A stretch of DNA of 64,000 nucleotides, taken from positions 13,330,001-13,394,000 of the forward strand of contig NC_092355.1 of assembly GCF_963676685.1 (NCBI RefSeq), in the 5' to 3' direction. Within the stretch, counting starts at the first letter, position 1, and each line of letters begins with the position of its first letter. Below are positions 41,534 through 56,500 of the stretch, in pieces. The stretch comes from Mytilus edulis. Its lineage: Eukaryota. The translations under genes and the position numbers were made by a program. Under the pieces are notes generated by a model. It was not told the DNA's origin and made no database searches. It saw only the letters and a list, made by a program, of their open reading frames with translations.

Positions 41534-44500
41534 TTAGGCTGGGGCTGTGTGCTTCCTGGCATCATCTACAACAATACACAAATGTTATTACGAAGTTATG
41601 GTAGAGACGACTTCGTGAAATAGAGAACTGTAAACCAACTTATTTTCGCGAGCGTTTTATTTTTGTGACTTTCGCGAGAAGGAAAATAACTCGAATATAA
41701 ATCGTCGCGAAAATGTTAAACTTTTCAGAAAATCGCGAAACATAATAGCCGTGAAGTAATCTAGAAAGGATAAATCGCGAACTCAAGTTTCCTAATGAAA
41801 GATGGTTTACAGTATATTAGATAAAATGGTATTATAGATCTATAAAGATCTGAAGCAGCTTTGCAATGTTTAACTGATTTCATTAACAAGAGTTCGTTCC
41901 ACATATCAGAGACATATCAAATAGGGTTATAAAAATGATTGAACATAAGTATCTTTTCAGAAATCAGAAAATCCTACTTTAATCACATTCTGATGAACAA
42001 TTAACATTGAAATCAACATGAGAAATCAGCAAATAATTGAAAGCTTTATACACAGTATCGCGTTAATATTATTTGTATATGTTAGGTATTTGCAAATTTA
42101 GATGAAGACCCTTATTTGATATATTTTTTTAAAAATTATGCTTTTAGGACATTTATCCTATGTTTCAAGTTACAGTATGACCTCGACCTTAAGGGGAAAT
42201 GTCTGCAACTAATTCTGCAACCATATACCGAACGAAAACAAACACACGATCGAAAAAAAAAAAAACGTTTTAGATCATTAAGTTGAACATACATAACAAT
42301 CATCTATATTTGGTACGGGTGCCACATATGGAGCAGGATCTGCTTACCATTCCGGAGCCCTAGATATCACCCATTTGGTTGGGTTTGTGTTGCTTATTCT
42401 TTAGTTGTATATGTTGTGTCATTTGTACTATTGTTTGTATTTTTCATTTTTAGCCATGGCATTATCAGTTTATTTTCGATTGATGAGTTTTACTATATTT
42501 GGTACACTTTACCTACCTTCAATCCAGGCAAAAACAATCTGTCTACAGTAACTACTCAGTCTCACCAGACGTAATCGTACATGCGTATCTTTGAACAGGA
42601 AAAAAGGCTATACTAATACTATCGGATTAACATACATGTATATTTAAAAAAGCTATACAATATAAAAAAGAAGATGTGATATGATTGCCAATGAGCCAAC
42701 TGTCCACAATGCACCAAAATGACACAGACATTAACAACTATAGGTCACCGTATGGCCTTCAACAATGAGCAAAGTCCATACCGCATAGTCAGCTATAAAA
42801 GGCCCCGATTAGACAATGTAAAACAATTCAAACGAGAATAACGACCTTATTTATATAAAAAAATGAAAGAAAAACAAATATGTAACACATAAACAAACGA
42901 CAACCACTGAATTACAGGCTCCTTACTTGGGACAGACACATACATAAATAATTTGGCGGGGTTCTGTTGCAACTCAAATGAACAAAATATCGCTTATAAC
43001 TCACAACTGTAATTTAAGCGGGAGGTTAAGCTAGTAATAAACTAGGTGTACCCTACCACATGCTGTTGCTTTATATTTGTTTGTAAGTTATTACAATCCA
43101 ACGTTAAATTGTGTTTTATGGACTACCCTCTTTTTAAGTAACCTGAGTGTTCGGGATACATGTAAGTTCACTTTTATATACGGATAGGAAAACAAATCTA
43201 AAACAGCTGTACCAATCGTTACGTTGGTTTATAAAGTCATTTTTACGGCTTTACACTGTTTATATTTACCTTGGAAAATTCAAAATATGTAAGTAGGGTT
43301 AACCCAATCAGTTAATATTAAACTAACCAAGTTGGTGTTTGTAATGGAGACAGCTTTTTCCAGCAATATGTTTTAGAAAAAAAATGTGGAATGTATTTAT
43401 TTATAAACGATACAATGATTTACTTACAATCCGAGACCGAATCGTCATCTGAAAAAAGTTATGAAAGAATAAGGACTCAAAAAGTTCATGTAGATTTAGC
43501 TTTATATTTTTACAACCCAATTTCTAATCAAATTGTGATGGCATGGCTGTTATTTAGAATCGGATTGTACGTTCCTGTATTTCATGGTTTTAAACGAAAC
43601 TGAAACCTGCAGAAAAAACATATATAAACCTGTCCGTGTAAAGAATATACATGAAGTCTTAGCTCGTCTGTTCAGTCCCCGGTGGTTATCATCACCTCAG
43701 TAGTCAGTACTCCGGTGATGTCATGTTTGATAATACATCTTTTATATTGCCCGTAAATGAATTATGCAATTATAATATAACGTATGTCTCAATTACCTCA
43801 GTCAAAGTTTTTTTTATGTCATTTTTGTATCATATATTCCCTTAATTGTATCGGTTCTTACACGTTAATGGCTTTCAAATATTCGGATTTGAGCATTATT
43901 TGTTAATGTTAATAAAAAAAACGCTTCAGACGACTGGCATTTTTTACGTGTTCTTTTCGGTTTTTTAGTTTTTACGTAGTTAAAAAAAAACTTATTTGCT
44001 GGAAATAGTGGATTTTTTTATTGTTTCTTTTTTAACCTTACCATGTAGCCTATCGTGTTCCATTTCCTTATCCCCATTCGTCTCGGTTAAAGCATGGAAA
44101 CCCAGGGCTACTTCTAAGTACAATCTTTGGACATCTAAAAATAGACAAAATGCGATTTACAATAAATGCCGATTTTACAGATACTTTCACCTCGACTTCT
44201 TTATTTCAAATACATGTATAATGTATGTTTATCATGTTTATGTTTAATAATAGAATATGTTTTAATATACCTGTTGTAGGTTTAAAGGGGTATTATATAC
44301 GAGATATTTATATAAAAAATGATTTGTTTAGTTCAATCATTTAAGAAATAAAATAGTGCTTTTGGCAGCCAATTTTGTTCAATTCTGACAAAATAAAACA
44401 GATTTATCATGATTATGTTTACATCGGTTTATTATTTTTGAGAGATGACCAGTTAGATGTGTTTCAGACTAAAATTCACACTTAAAGCTGATACATATAA

Positions 44501-47500
44501 TAAATCATGATTATTATCAACACATTTGGTTTTTAGACTTGTTTATGTGTTTGATAATCGTTTACGTATGTTTTCAATCGAATATAAAAAAAAATGAAAC
44601 CTCGATTGGAATGACTTTTACGGCGTATGCAAATTTAAATCGACAATTATATGTTCATACTAAACATATTGACGACATCAGTTATTGCCCAAAAATTGAC
44701 ATACGCTGACCCTTTCTTTTATATTTCTTCCATTATGAACCATACATTTGTTAAACTCACACTTACCTGCGAAATGATGATGCCTTTCCCATCCGTTTAA
44801 TAAACTTATGACATCTAAAATAAGATTTGGCTGTATTAGTTATAATTTTACCAGTCTAGTAACAACAATGTACACAGAACATAAACCCGATGTCAATATT
44901 TTCACAGGATTATATGTTAGACACTGACTTATGTACTCTAATTTATGGAGTATTTGTATTTTTGGATGCCGTAGAACTTCGATTAAGAAAGAAGGAAGCT
45001 TCTTTTTGATAGCATGATCAAGGCATGTAGTAGCGGAAGTCGCCAATTTGAGTTTGTAATTGAGTAAAATAGGTTTTATATTCCATCAAAAGCTTCTTTT
45101 TGATAGCATGATCAAGGCATGTAGTAGCGGAAGTCGCCTATTTGACTTTGTAAGTGAGTAATATAGGTTTTATATTCCATCAAAAGCTTCTTTTTGATAG
45201 TATGATAAAGGCATGTAGTAGCGGAAGTCGCCTATTTGACTTTGTAATTGAGTAATAGAGGTTTTATATTCCATCAAAAGCTTCTTTTTGATAGTATGAT
45301 CAAGGCATGTAGTAGCGGAAGTCGCCTATTTGACTTTGTAAGTGCGTAATAGAGGTTTTATATTCCATCAAAAGCTTCTTTTTGATAGTATGATCAAGGC
45401 ATGTAGTAGCGGAAGTCGCCTGTTTGACTTTGTAATTGAGTAATAGATGTTTTATATTCCATCAAAAGCTTCTTTTTGATAGCATGATCAAGGCATGTAG
45501 TAGCGGAAGTCGCCTGTTTGACTTTGTAATTGAGTAATATAGGTTTTATATTCCATCAAAAGAAAACAAAGCATACTAATAAATAAATATTTATAAAAAA
45601 AATATAGATAAGAAAAATTGTGATTAATAGATATACAAACACAGAAACAGAACTAAAATGAGAAGGGAAATGTAAATCATTACAAATCACAAAACTTCTT
45701 GTCTGCCTTTGTCGGCCACATATCAATACAAGCTGACATAGAGTAATCATACCTTTTACTAGAAAAATATACAAAATAAAGCAATATGATATAGGTCAAC
45801 GATGCTTGTTAAAAGACCGAAATAAAATAAATAAAGGAATTATCAATTAGCTTTTTATTTCATAAGAGTTCTCTTTACTTACGGTTAGCATCTCGTAAGT
45901 CAGTACAGTGTTCTCCTAAAAATAAAACAAGGCGAAACAAAAGCACTTGCGCTTGAATATTTTTAAACATAACTAGGGTTTAAATCAGAAAATTCTTAAA
46001 CATCGTTTAATACACTTTTACGTTTTTCTATAGAAAATAATCTAAGGATCGTAAAATGACATTCGACCGTTTTAGTTGGAAATTATTTGATAAGGCCATT
46101 TCTTAACAATAAGGCTAAAAGACAACACAATTGAAAAATAAAGACTCAGCAAAACAAATTCCATCAAAACCCGGTATGATCTTTAGTGGTCTGTACGTGT
46201 AAGCAAATTATGCTTCACATGCGGCAATAAACATGATTAGGATGAATCATATATACCGGTTGTTAATGAATGATACATCATTGAGTAAAATACAACGTCT
46301 GATGTGCTCAGTGTTAATAAGGTCAATAATTTAAAAACAAATCGCCACCTATTGTTCGAAGACGCATTTCTATACAACTTTTAAGCTTTTAGTTACAGTA
46401 TGTGTTTTATTTCTTCAAATAATATAACATACCAGTTTCTGTAGGACTTTTCGTGTCATGTTTTGCAAGATCTGTTGATTACATTTATAAAAATATCAAT
46501 CACACAAGTCTAGTAAATAACATAAATAACATAAACAGTACACACTGTACTGCACCAGCTGTGTCTTGTCTATATGCCTTTTTGTATTTCTTTTTTAGCA
46601 ATGTTTTTCTATTTATAGCGATCAACATTGTATGACTTCCGTACCCTTGTTTTTGGCATTTTTTTTAAAGCGATTAAGATTATAACACAATGTTGACTGC
46701 TGTTCCCCTAATTTTGACATTTTTAACTATTATGTCTGTTTGTTTTGTTCACCCATCTTTGTCATCATAATGTAATTGTATTCGAATGTCATACATGTGA
46801 GAGGTTTAGTTATAATTAAAACCAGGTTAAATCAACCATTCTACATCAAAAAATGCCTGTTACAAGTTAGAAAAATAATATTTGTTTTCCATACGCTTGA
46901 TGTGTTTCAGTTTTTTTCATTTTGTCATTTCATCATGTTCATTGCGGAATTTCCGTTTTGAATTTTCCTAGTTCGGTATTTTTTATTTTACTTTTTTAGG
47001 GCAATACATGTCTCTTCAGTGATGCCCAAGTCAGATATTTAAAAATCAAAACCTCTTTAGGAAAAATGTTTGAATAGTTTAGTAAGTTTAATGACAATTA
47101 AAATGTACTCATGTTTGGAACATTTATAAAAAATATAAATTTAATCCTGTAAGTACCAATTTCTACTAATAGTTCACTAACAATGCTTTAGTCGTTTTGT
47201 ATTCATAGTTCTTCGGTTTAACGAAAATTCAGACCTGAGATAATAATATGAAATTTAACGTTAACGCATATCTTTAACATTTTTCACATATTTTAAACAT
47301 ATTATGACACAATCATATAAGCACTGTATGTTGTAATCAACAAATAACGGGTCTGCTTTAAGATATTTTTACACATCGTAATACATACTTAGTCGATGAT
47401 TTTAGCTTACTATTTTGATACATCCTCTAATGCAAAAAAAAAAGATTTATGTGCTTTTTTGCTCTGTATATAACTTTAAGTAAGACTAGCATATATTATC

Positions 47501-50500
47501 CTTTGTAACTTCTTATTCAATTTACTCAATGTAATGTAGTTCCCTATTATTATTTTTTTTTTTGCAATATATCTGAAAGAGGTGCGAACGATACCAAAGA
47601 TACATTTAAAGTCATAAGTCGTAACAAACTAACAATACCATGAAACAATACATTAGAAAACAATTTAGTTCATGAACTCTTCAATTTATCAAGCAAGATT
47701 ATACTTTGATAGACATCTTTGAACTGATGCACATACTACATACTAATTATAACTGGTTTCCCCCTCCCCCGAATATATGGTATTATAACTGCGTTCATGA
47801 TAGATAAAGGCAACAGTAGTATACCGCTGTTCAAAACTCATAAATCCATGGACAAAAAACAAAATCGGGATAACAAACTAAAACCGAGGGAAACGCATAG
47901 AAGATGGGAAGATGTAGTAAGAGTGTCAATGAGACAACTCTCCATCCAAGTCACAATTTATAAAAGTAAACTAGTTCAAGGTACGGTCTTCAACACAGAG
48001 CCTTGACTTACACCGAACAACAAGCTATAAAGGTCCCCTACATATTACTGGTGTCAAACCATTTAAACGGGAAAACCAACAGTATAATCTCTATAGAAAA
48101 CGAGAACCGAGAAACAATTATGAACCACATCAACAAAACACTACTGAACATCATATTCCTGACGTAACATTTTAATGGTACTAAACCTATCTGTTAGCCC
48201 CAAACATCATTCTTACCTTCAATCCAGATCATGATTTGTCTTCGGCATTCTGCATTCATGTGTGTGTTTATGTAGCTTTCAACATGAGTATCTACAAAAA
48301 TATTGATGAAAAACGAAATTTGATGTGTATCTATGACATTATGTGGTACATTGTGCATTACAATTACAGTTGAACCTGTGTAAGGATATACATATTTTGG
48401 GACCATGTACATGTATTGGTTAAAACAGGATCTTGAAATACTCAGGTGTCGGATTAGAAAGTATACACTGTATAACGTTTGATTTGTGAAGTTTACAAAA
48501 ATTTGATACTTCCAATAGGTTTAGTAAATAGCCAACTCTAAAGCACATTTCAAGACGAAAAAGTAAAAAAAACTAGGAAAAATCAAACGCTGTCAATCAA
48601 CGGAACACACGAAAAACAATACCATATTTCTATGAAAAAGTGCAGGGTTAAAGCTAGTTTTATGGCCAGGTAAGCTTCTTACTTGTATGACAGTTGGCTA
48701 TATAAGAAAATAACATTTATGTCTCTCTTAAAGGTTGGGAAAACGCGTACTTATTTTGTTTTAGATGTACATACATGTAGTGTAAGAATTTTCCTACATA
48801 CGTGACCCGAGAAAGTTGTGTTTGTAAACAAAATTTCAGACTGGGTTTAATTTGCACGTTAACTCATATAAATTTCGATTATTGCAATTGTTTGGTTACT
48901 GTCTTATACATGTTATATAAGTAAGGCTCCAAATTTCTTCATATTCATCGACAATAATATTCTTGAAATATTGACCACCGAAATAAGCACACAATTGTCA
49001 TACAACTCTTTTATATAGATTTTTTCATAATTACAGTCCGGATTTCCATTCAAGAAAGCTTCATCATAAACACTCGTATAGCTGTGAACTAATTGGTTGG
49101 AAGGATGACTTCCAACATTATCCAGAAAGAACCCTGTAAAAAATGAAGAAAAAAGACCATTTTAGATGTTTTGTTTTATTTAATTTTTTTTAACAATATG
49201 TTTGTTTAATTTGAATGGGACACCAATAGTTAACAAATAATACATGTCTTAAATGCACGTGATGTTATCGTTGGCAAAATAACAACAAGCATAATTTTGA
49301 ATCTTTTGCTTTAAGTTGGAGTTCGTATATTAAAAAATAAAAATCAACCAAAAATAAGGTAAAGAAAAAAAGTTTAATTCTTGAAATTTTTGGCTCCTTA
49401 TAGATGCTCATCCTTAAGAATGAAGCTATTCATAAATCATATAAGGATTGAATTTAGCTACACCGAGTTAAAAGGTACGTTTCAGGGTTGAGATACTGGC
49501 ATGGTTAACTTTTTTTCTCCGATTGTCCGTTGATATTTCAATATCTAAACAGGAACTCTTTCACGCAATGTAAACCTTTGACATGTTTGAAGAATATAGC
49601 TATCATTTTTAGAACCCTTTTTGAAATATAGATATTCACGCGTTTCAATACATGTACATATATACGTACTTTGACATATAATGAATTTCTGATCGAATAT
49701 ATTTTCTCATTGCTAAAATGACAGAATCTGTTTTAACTGTCTCAGGAATTTTCAATTTTGATTGTCACCTATTCCATTTAATATGTTTTCCGTCAGTTAA
49801 GTAAATAACGGGAACTTTGACTTGTTAACCTCATGACTAAGAATAATATTTTTTTTCTACATGATATTTTTATAAAAATTTAGTTTGCAATAAAAATTAG
49901 GGGCTACAAAATAGTTATGCGTACTTACGTTTTCTATCTTGTAATGATTTATGGTATATATCATGATATAATCTTTCTACAGCTGAAAGAAATAGTGGAA
50001 AAAACAAACATTAGAATTATCATACATATTTTCATGACTTGGAAATGAAAAGGACTAAAACATTTTTTTCCCAATGATTAGAATGTATTTATATACACCA
50101 GTCGACAAAAGTATTTGCATTGTTCCTTTGTTGTATCGTATGACAAAACAACCTGATTTTTTTCAATTTGCATAGTCGTGGCATTATACGAAATGAATTA
50201 CAAAAAAATGTAGCATTTGAAAGTATGATTTGTCTGTCCTTTAAAAACTTATTACGTCTGATTCCATCATATAGCTGTCTGATAACAGAAATGAATTAAA
50301 GCGAAATTCAAAGATGGCAAATATACATAACTTATGCATTGAAAATTTAAACTAGTTTGTAAAATTCATTTAAGATAATTTTTGTTATATAAACTGCTCA
50401 TTCATATCACAACTAACATACCATTATAATTATCGTGCTTAACCCATTCTTCTAACAACAGAATTGCATCTATAAATAAACGAAAATATGTGTCATATTG

Positions 50501-53500
50501 TTATTTTGCTTTTCTATCAATTTAAAAGATCCTTAAAAATAATAATATCACTTTATAGATTGCGTGCGTCAGAAGAGCTTTTCAAGAGTGACTTGCACCA
50601 AAATGTTTTATGGTGATTAAGATTATAAAACAATTTTTACTGCTGTACCCCTATTTTTGATATTTTTACCAATTATGTCTGTGCGTTTTGTTAACACATC
50701 AGTGTTTAAATAATTAAATTTGATGCGATTGTCATACAAAGGCGAGGTTTAGCTAGGTTTAAAAAGAGGTTTAATCTACTATTTTCTACATAAGAAAATG
50801 TTTGTACCAAGTCAAGAATATGACAATTGTTATCCATTCCTCTGTAAATACATCTTTATTTCGTGTGCCATACTTTGCGTTTGCATCTATCCAACCTGTA
50901 CATTAACGATTTTTTGCACTTATTTTAACAGATACTCTCATTTCCGTTTAGCTATTTTGGTCGCATTTTGCGGCGATTCTAAATTGCAATTTTCAAATTT
51001 AATTGATGCAGTTTAGTACATGGTCGCGGCCATTTAAATTCGCGTTATTTTTCTTATCGCGAAATCGTGAAAATAAATCGCTCACAACATTTAGCTGGTT
51101 TACTGCACCCTAAGGTGGTACATCAGATTACAGGGAGATAAGTCTGTAAAATCAGCTGAACGTTTTATTCACGTTTGATTGCGTAAAAAGCTTATGTTAT
51201 TACAAATCCGGTAATTAGTCTAATTCGGTTTGAATCTGACTAAAGACGACACAAAAATATCTATAAATATTTGTAAATGGACTGTATAACTATAAACGTA
51301 AGTTATGGATAAATTAAAAATTCTACTAATTGGTCAGTTTTCAATGCTTTCACTGAAAAGACCATTGCTCATTGACGATTCAAATGAAACCAGAGTTTAG
51401 AGAGTTTTCTATGATGCTATTGTTTAGTGATTACTACGAGAAAAAAACATTGAACAGTAATACATAGAGTAGGGTTATTGCTAATTATATTCATTATTTA
51501 TGTTATTACGTCGAGAAAGCCAAAGTGCCTGTTAAGAACCACCAATTTGAGATGATAACTCTCAGAATGACTTTGGTCAGTGATAATTTCAGAATGCATT
51601 TTTAGAAATATATGAGTTTTGAGTACGTTATTTTTTGTTATTAGTCTATATTGTATGCATAAGTAGACGCGGGAGTACGGCAAAAGATATCACGATTTAT
51701 AAGATATGGTTGAATGATTGATTGTTGGTTGGTTAACGTCCAGTGGTAAATATTACATGCATGCTCAGGACGAGAAAAGGTTAACAATAAATACAACAGG
51801 TAGGTCTAGTAAATGCGGCCATCCGGGATGATGGTCGGGGAAATTTGGACTGTCACGGTAAAAGGAGGGTATATTGGACAAGGGACATAAGTTTTGAGTT
51901 GCAACAGGCCATATAGACCACTCAAAGAGTTGTTGCATGCGTTCTTTGTATGCAAAGAGCATGACAATCTCTTTTCACAAGGCTTTCGATTTTATAGGAT
52001 GTGAGTAACAATAGCTCTATAAACCTTTACAATGATTGCTGCAAAAATTAGGAAAAGCAAACACTTACAAAGTGTAAATATGTTATCGTCAACTGAGAAA
52101 TCATTTGTTTTATTTGACGTTTAAATACTTGACAACATCATGACCATTAAGTTCAATATGTTTACTTACGCTGTTTACGTCTAACACTATGGCATGTGCT
52201 ACCTGTAAAAAGAAATATTATACTTTATTAAAATTGAAAAAAAAATGGAGTTAACTTATATATTTTATATATAATTTGTTTATGTGCATACACTCTATTA
52301 ATTTATATGTGTCATCCATACAAGTATGTGCTATCTAACAATCTGCAAGTAATTCTTAATGTGGGAATACAAATAATGGTTTAAAATTAATATGTCGTTT
52401 TGTCTTTTTTAACATTGAATCGTAGATTAATTCATCATAGATACCAGGTTGAAAGGTTGCATTTGCGCCAGCGTGTAGTCTACAAAAGACCGAATAGTGA
52501 TGCTGGAATAAAAAAAAGGTTAAAAAGTCCAAATAAAGTACGAAGTTGAATAGCAATGAGGACCACAAATTCCTTAAAGTTTAGCCAAATACCTCATTGT
52601 AAAGCTTTGTTTATCTATTATTGGCAACGACAAGCCTTAGTATTTTCAAAATGTAAAGATTTATAAACAGTTAATTTACAATTATGACCATCTCAATGAT
52701 AATACATGCCAACACAGAAGTGCTGACAACTTGACTAGTTATATAGTACCCTCTGTTCATTTTTTTTGGTAATTCGAAATACATGTTCGTATCTAGTCTT
52801 AATAATTTTACTGTAATGTTAGCATTTGCAATACTCAATTTCTTCAAATTGTGCTATGGTGTATAATTTGTATTTTGGTATCTAACTGCTTTAAATTTTC
52901 TTTATCAGCCAATAAAATCTATTTCCTTTGGTAAATAAGTAGGAATATTATAGATTATTGTCCTATATTTCGTCAACTAGTACCAACAAATATGTTTGTG
53001 CATGTTTTATTATTATTTTTGGTAGGAATCTATGGGTTTTTTTTTTGCTGAGTTTACCATTACTGATTAACCTTCATACCTCACTATGATTAAGTTAATA
53101 ATAACCGAATATAAGGCGAGTATAACTAATTAGATAATCTACATCAAATTCAAAGTTACATATATGGGAAAGTTTTGCATACTATCCTTCAGAAAAGGCA
53201 TGTCATATTGCTAGTAAATATAAAATTAAGAAATAAATAATCATTTCATATAGAATAAACAAACATGAAGCGATATGCACATAGAAATACGAGTTAGAAT
53301 AGTAAAAAGAAGATACAATGTAAATACTATAGTCGATTTTCATTACTGTTTATTCAAAAATTATTGCGATGTTTTAATTGTTGCGAAAACTGTGACAGGG
53401 TTATAATCGCAATAATTTGAACTCGAATTTTTATTTTTTTTTAATGTATTAGTAACAAAGACCAACTAGCAGTTATTGAACTGTCTGCTTTTGCTAGATA

Positions 53501-56500
53501 TAAGAAGATTTGGTATGAATGCCAATTTAGACAACTCATCATCCAAGTAAAAGTTTTCTCACACGAAACAACAAGCTTTAAATGGCATCAATAGACCATT
53601 TCCATATTACCGACTTTTGACTCCGGGTTCTTAAATTGTTAGACAGGTTACCTTATACGTGGTAGGACATCCTGGTACTATTCAATTCCGAACAACCAAA
53701 ATAAACTAAAAAAATTATATGATTTGAGCAATTTTAAAGAAAATTTTTTATTTCCGATGTTTGATTCATTTACAGGAAAGCATTTTAAAGGGTACCCAAC
53801 ACTTTTGCTGTATTTGATTTGGGTCGTGTTTTTTTTTTTTTATAAAGTTTAAACAAAATTTTTACTCTGATCTGTTGACAAAAATACAATTTATAAAAAT
53901 TAGAACCACACAATTTATAGGAATAATTTTGTTGGATATATAGCAGTTTGACAGACGTTAATTTTGATCGATGAAAAGCTTGATATTTCCTTACTAATAG
54001 TATGTGATTTAAATGTTCAGCTGATTTTTAAAAGTTAACTCTCTTAGGCGTTCTCAATATGAATTCAAAAGTCATTTTTTTTTATCGTAAATTTTAGTAT
54101 TAAGTATAAGATATCCAATTCAATTACTAGGTAAACAAAGCTGATTAAATTCAGATAGGCATCTTTAAGTTTTTTTATGACTTTTTCAAATCAACTTGGA
54201 TTTTCATCAAATTATGCAGCTATCTTAGTAATATATTGATAGTACTGAATCCCCGGTCACTATGTAGTTTGGTGTATTGCTGTCAAATTTAAGAATTAAA
54301 TTAATCTATGTCAAAAAAAGCTAGGATTTGTAATTTTGGACAAAATTAATAAGATAGTACACTTTAATTCTTTTTATAACTTTTTCAAATCAACTTGGAA
54401 TTTAATCAAACTATACAGCTACCTTGGTAATATATTAATCTTACTAAATACCAGGTCATTATGTAGTCAGATGTATTAATGTCATATTAAAGATTTAAAA
54501 TTAATATAGGTAAAAAAAAGCTTGGATTTGCAGTTCAGACAAAATTCAGATAGTACACTTTATTTTTTTTATAGCTTTTTTCAAATCAACTTGGATTTTC
54601 ATCAAACTATACAGCTACCTTGGTAATATATTGATCTTACTGAATCCCAGGTGGTTATGAAGTTTGGTGTATTGTTGTAAAATTTAAGAATTAAATAAAT
54701 CTAGATAAAAAAGCAAGTCTCTATGCATCAATAAATGACTGATAAACACGAATTAGTAGAAAGATATAAGAATATTTGGAATCTAGGGGGAAAAAAGTGT
54801 ATTTGCAGTTCGGACTATATTCAGATAGTACACTTTTATTCCTTTTATAACTTTTTCAAATCAGCTTGGATTTTCATCAAACTATGCAACTATCTTAGTA
54901 ATAAATTGATCTTACTCAATCACAAGTCGTTACGTAGTTTGGTGTATTGATGTCAAATTAAAGAATTAAATAAATCTAGATAAAAAAGCAAGTCTCTATG
55001 CATCAATAAATGACTGATAAACACGAATTAGTAGAAAGATATAAGAATATTTGGTATGAGTTTCAATGAGACACCTCTACCTCCAAGTCACAAGTTATAT
55101 TAGTAAACCATTATAGGTCAAATAAAGGCAACATTAGTATACCGCTGTTCAAAACTCATAAATCCATGGACAAAAAACAAAGTACGGTCTTCAACACGGA
55201 GCCTTAGATCACACCGAACACCAAGCTCTAAAGGGCCTAACAAAATACTAGTGTAAAACCATTCAAACGGGAAAACCAACGGTCTAATCTATATAAAGAA
55301 CGAGAAACAAGAAACACTTCTGAACCACAAGTTTACGTATAAGTCAAAACGTTTGCTCAGTTATTAGAAATAATATATAATAAGCACAAAACAATCATCA
55401 TTAGTTTTACAATTTTAATAGCCTTCAAGTTAATAAAGATTAAAAATAAAATATCCATACTTACTTTGAAAAAAAAATGAACGATGGGTGGTTGTAGTAG
55501 GAGGCTTTGTGGTGTGCTTGATAGTCGTTTCGTGATGATGTTTAGCTGGTGAAATAGCAATCAGTCCTGAATGAAATTATTAAAAGGAAATTGAATTGCA
55601 CCATCAAATTACAATCCGTTCAAAGCGATATAACATGTCTTTAACCAGGAATATATTTGACAAGAAAAACAAAACAGAAATATCTGTAATCAATTTTATA
55701 AATAAGTTTACGACATAACTTCTGTAAGTATACTGAATTGTTCGTAACTTTCGATGAAGTTTAGTCGTACAATTTGTTGTGAAACTTAACATGAGTGCAT
55801 ACTGATTGTCTCTTGACCAAATGTCGTACTTTTTTTTTGTAGTTATTTATTCATTGTAAATATTGTTCATCCTCAGTTTGATCTATTCAAAAGTGAAAAT
55901 CCCTTATCAAATGACACATTTAAACGCTGAAACACTTCAAAATTACTTCTACTGTTAAGTCTGTTTTTTGTTATATATATTTTACGTGACTATGTATTTA
56001 TGTATCCCGTCATACTTTGAACGACAACATTATTTCATGTCTACCTGTGCGAATTTCAAACGCGCAATTTTTACACCAGAACTTTAAACTTTTCATCCGC
56101 TATGGGTGGATTTAAAATAGATAATTAACATCGTTTAATATAAACAAAATGAGGATGTTAAATTTAATGTATGCCTTTTGTGCTTCTTCGTTACATTTGT
56201 TGTTTTTATAGTGATTAAGATGATAACACAATGTTGACTGTTGTACCCCTATTTTTGACTTATTTACCTATTGTGTCTGTTTGTTTTGTTCACGCATCGT
56301 TGACAATATAATGGAATTTGATGCGACTGTCATACAAGTGAAGGGTTTAGCTAGCTATAAAACCAGGTTCAATCCATTATTTTCTACATAAGAAAATGCC
56401 AGTAAGTCAGGAATATGACAGTTGTTATCTACTCGTTAGATGTGTTTGAGCTTTTGATTTTGCCATTTGATTGTGGACTTTCCTTTTTGAATTTTCCTCG

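Noticed and set aside
48913-49034. Read-through of micro-exon 6 to a stop 40 codons on
   Set aside because: The paralogue has a 5-nt indel and a repeat insertion here, and splicing at GTAATT restores the DYTHV motif shared with repeat 2.
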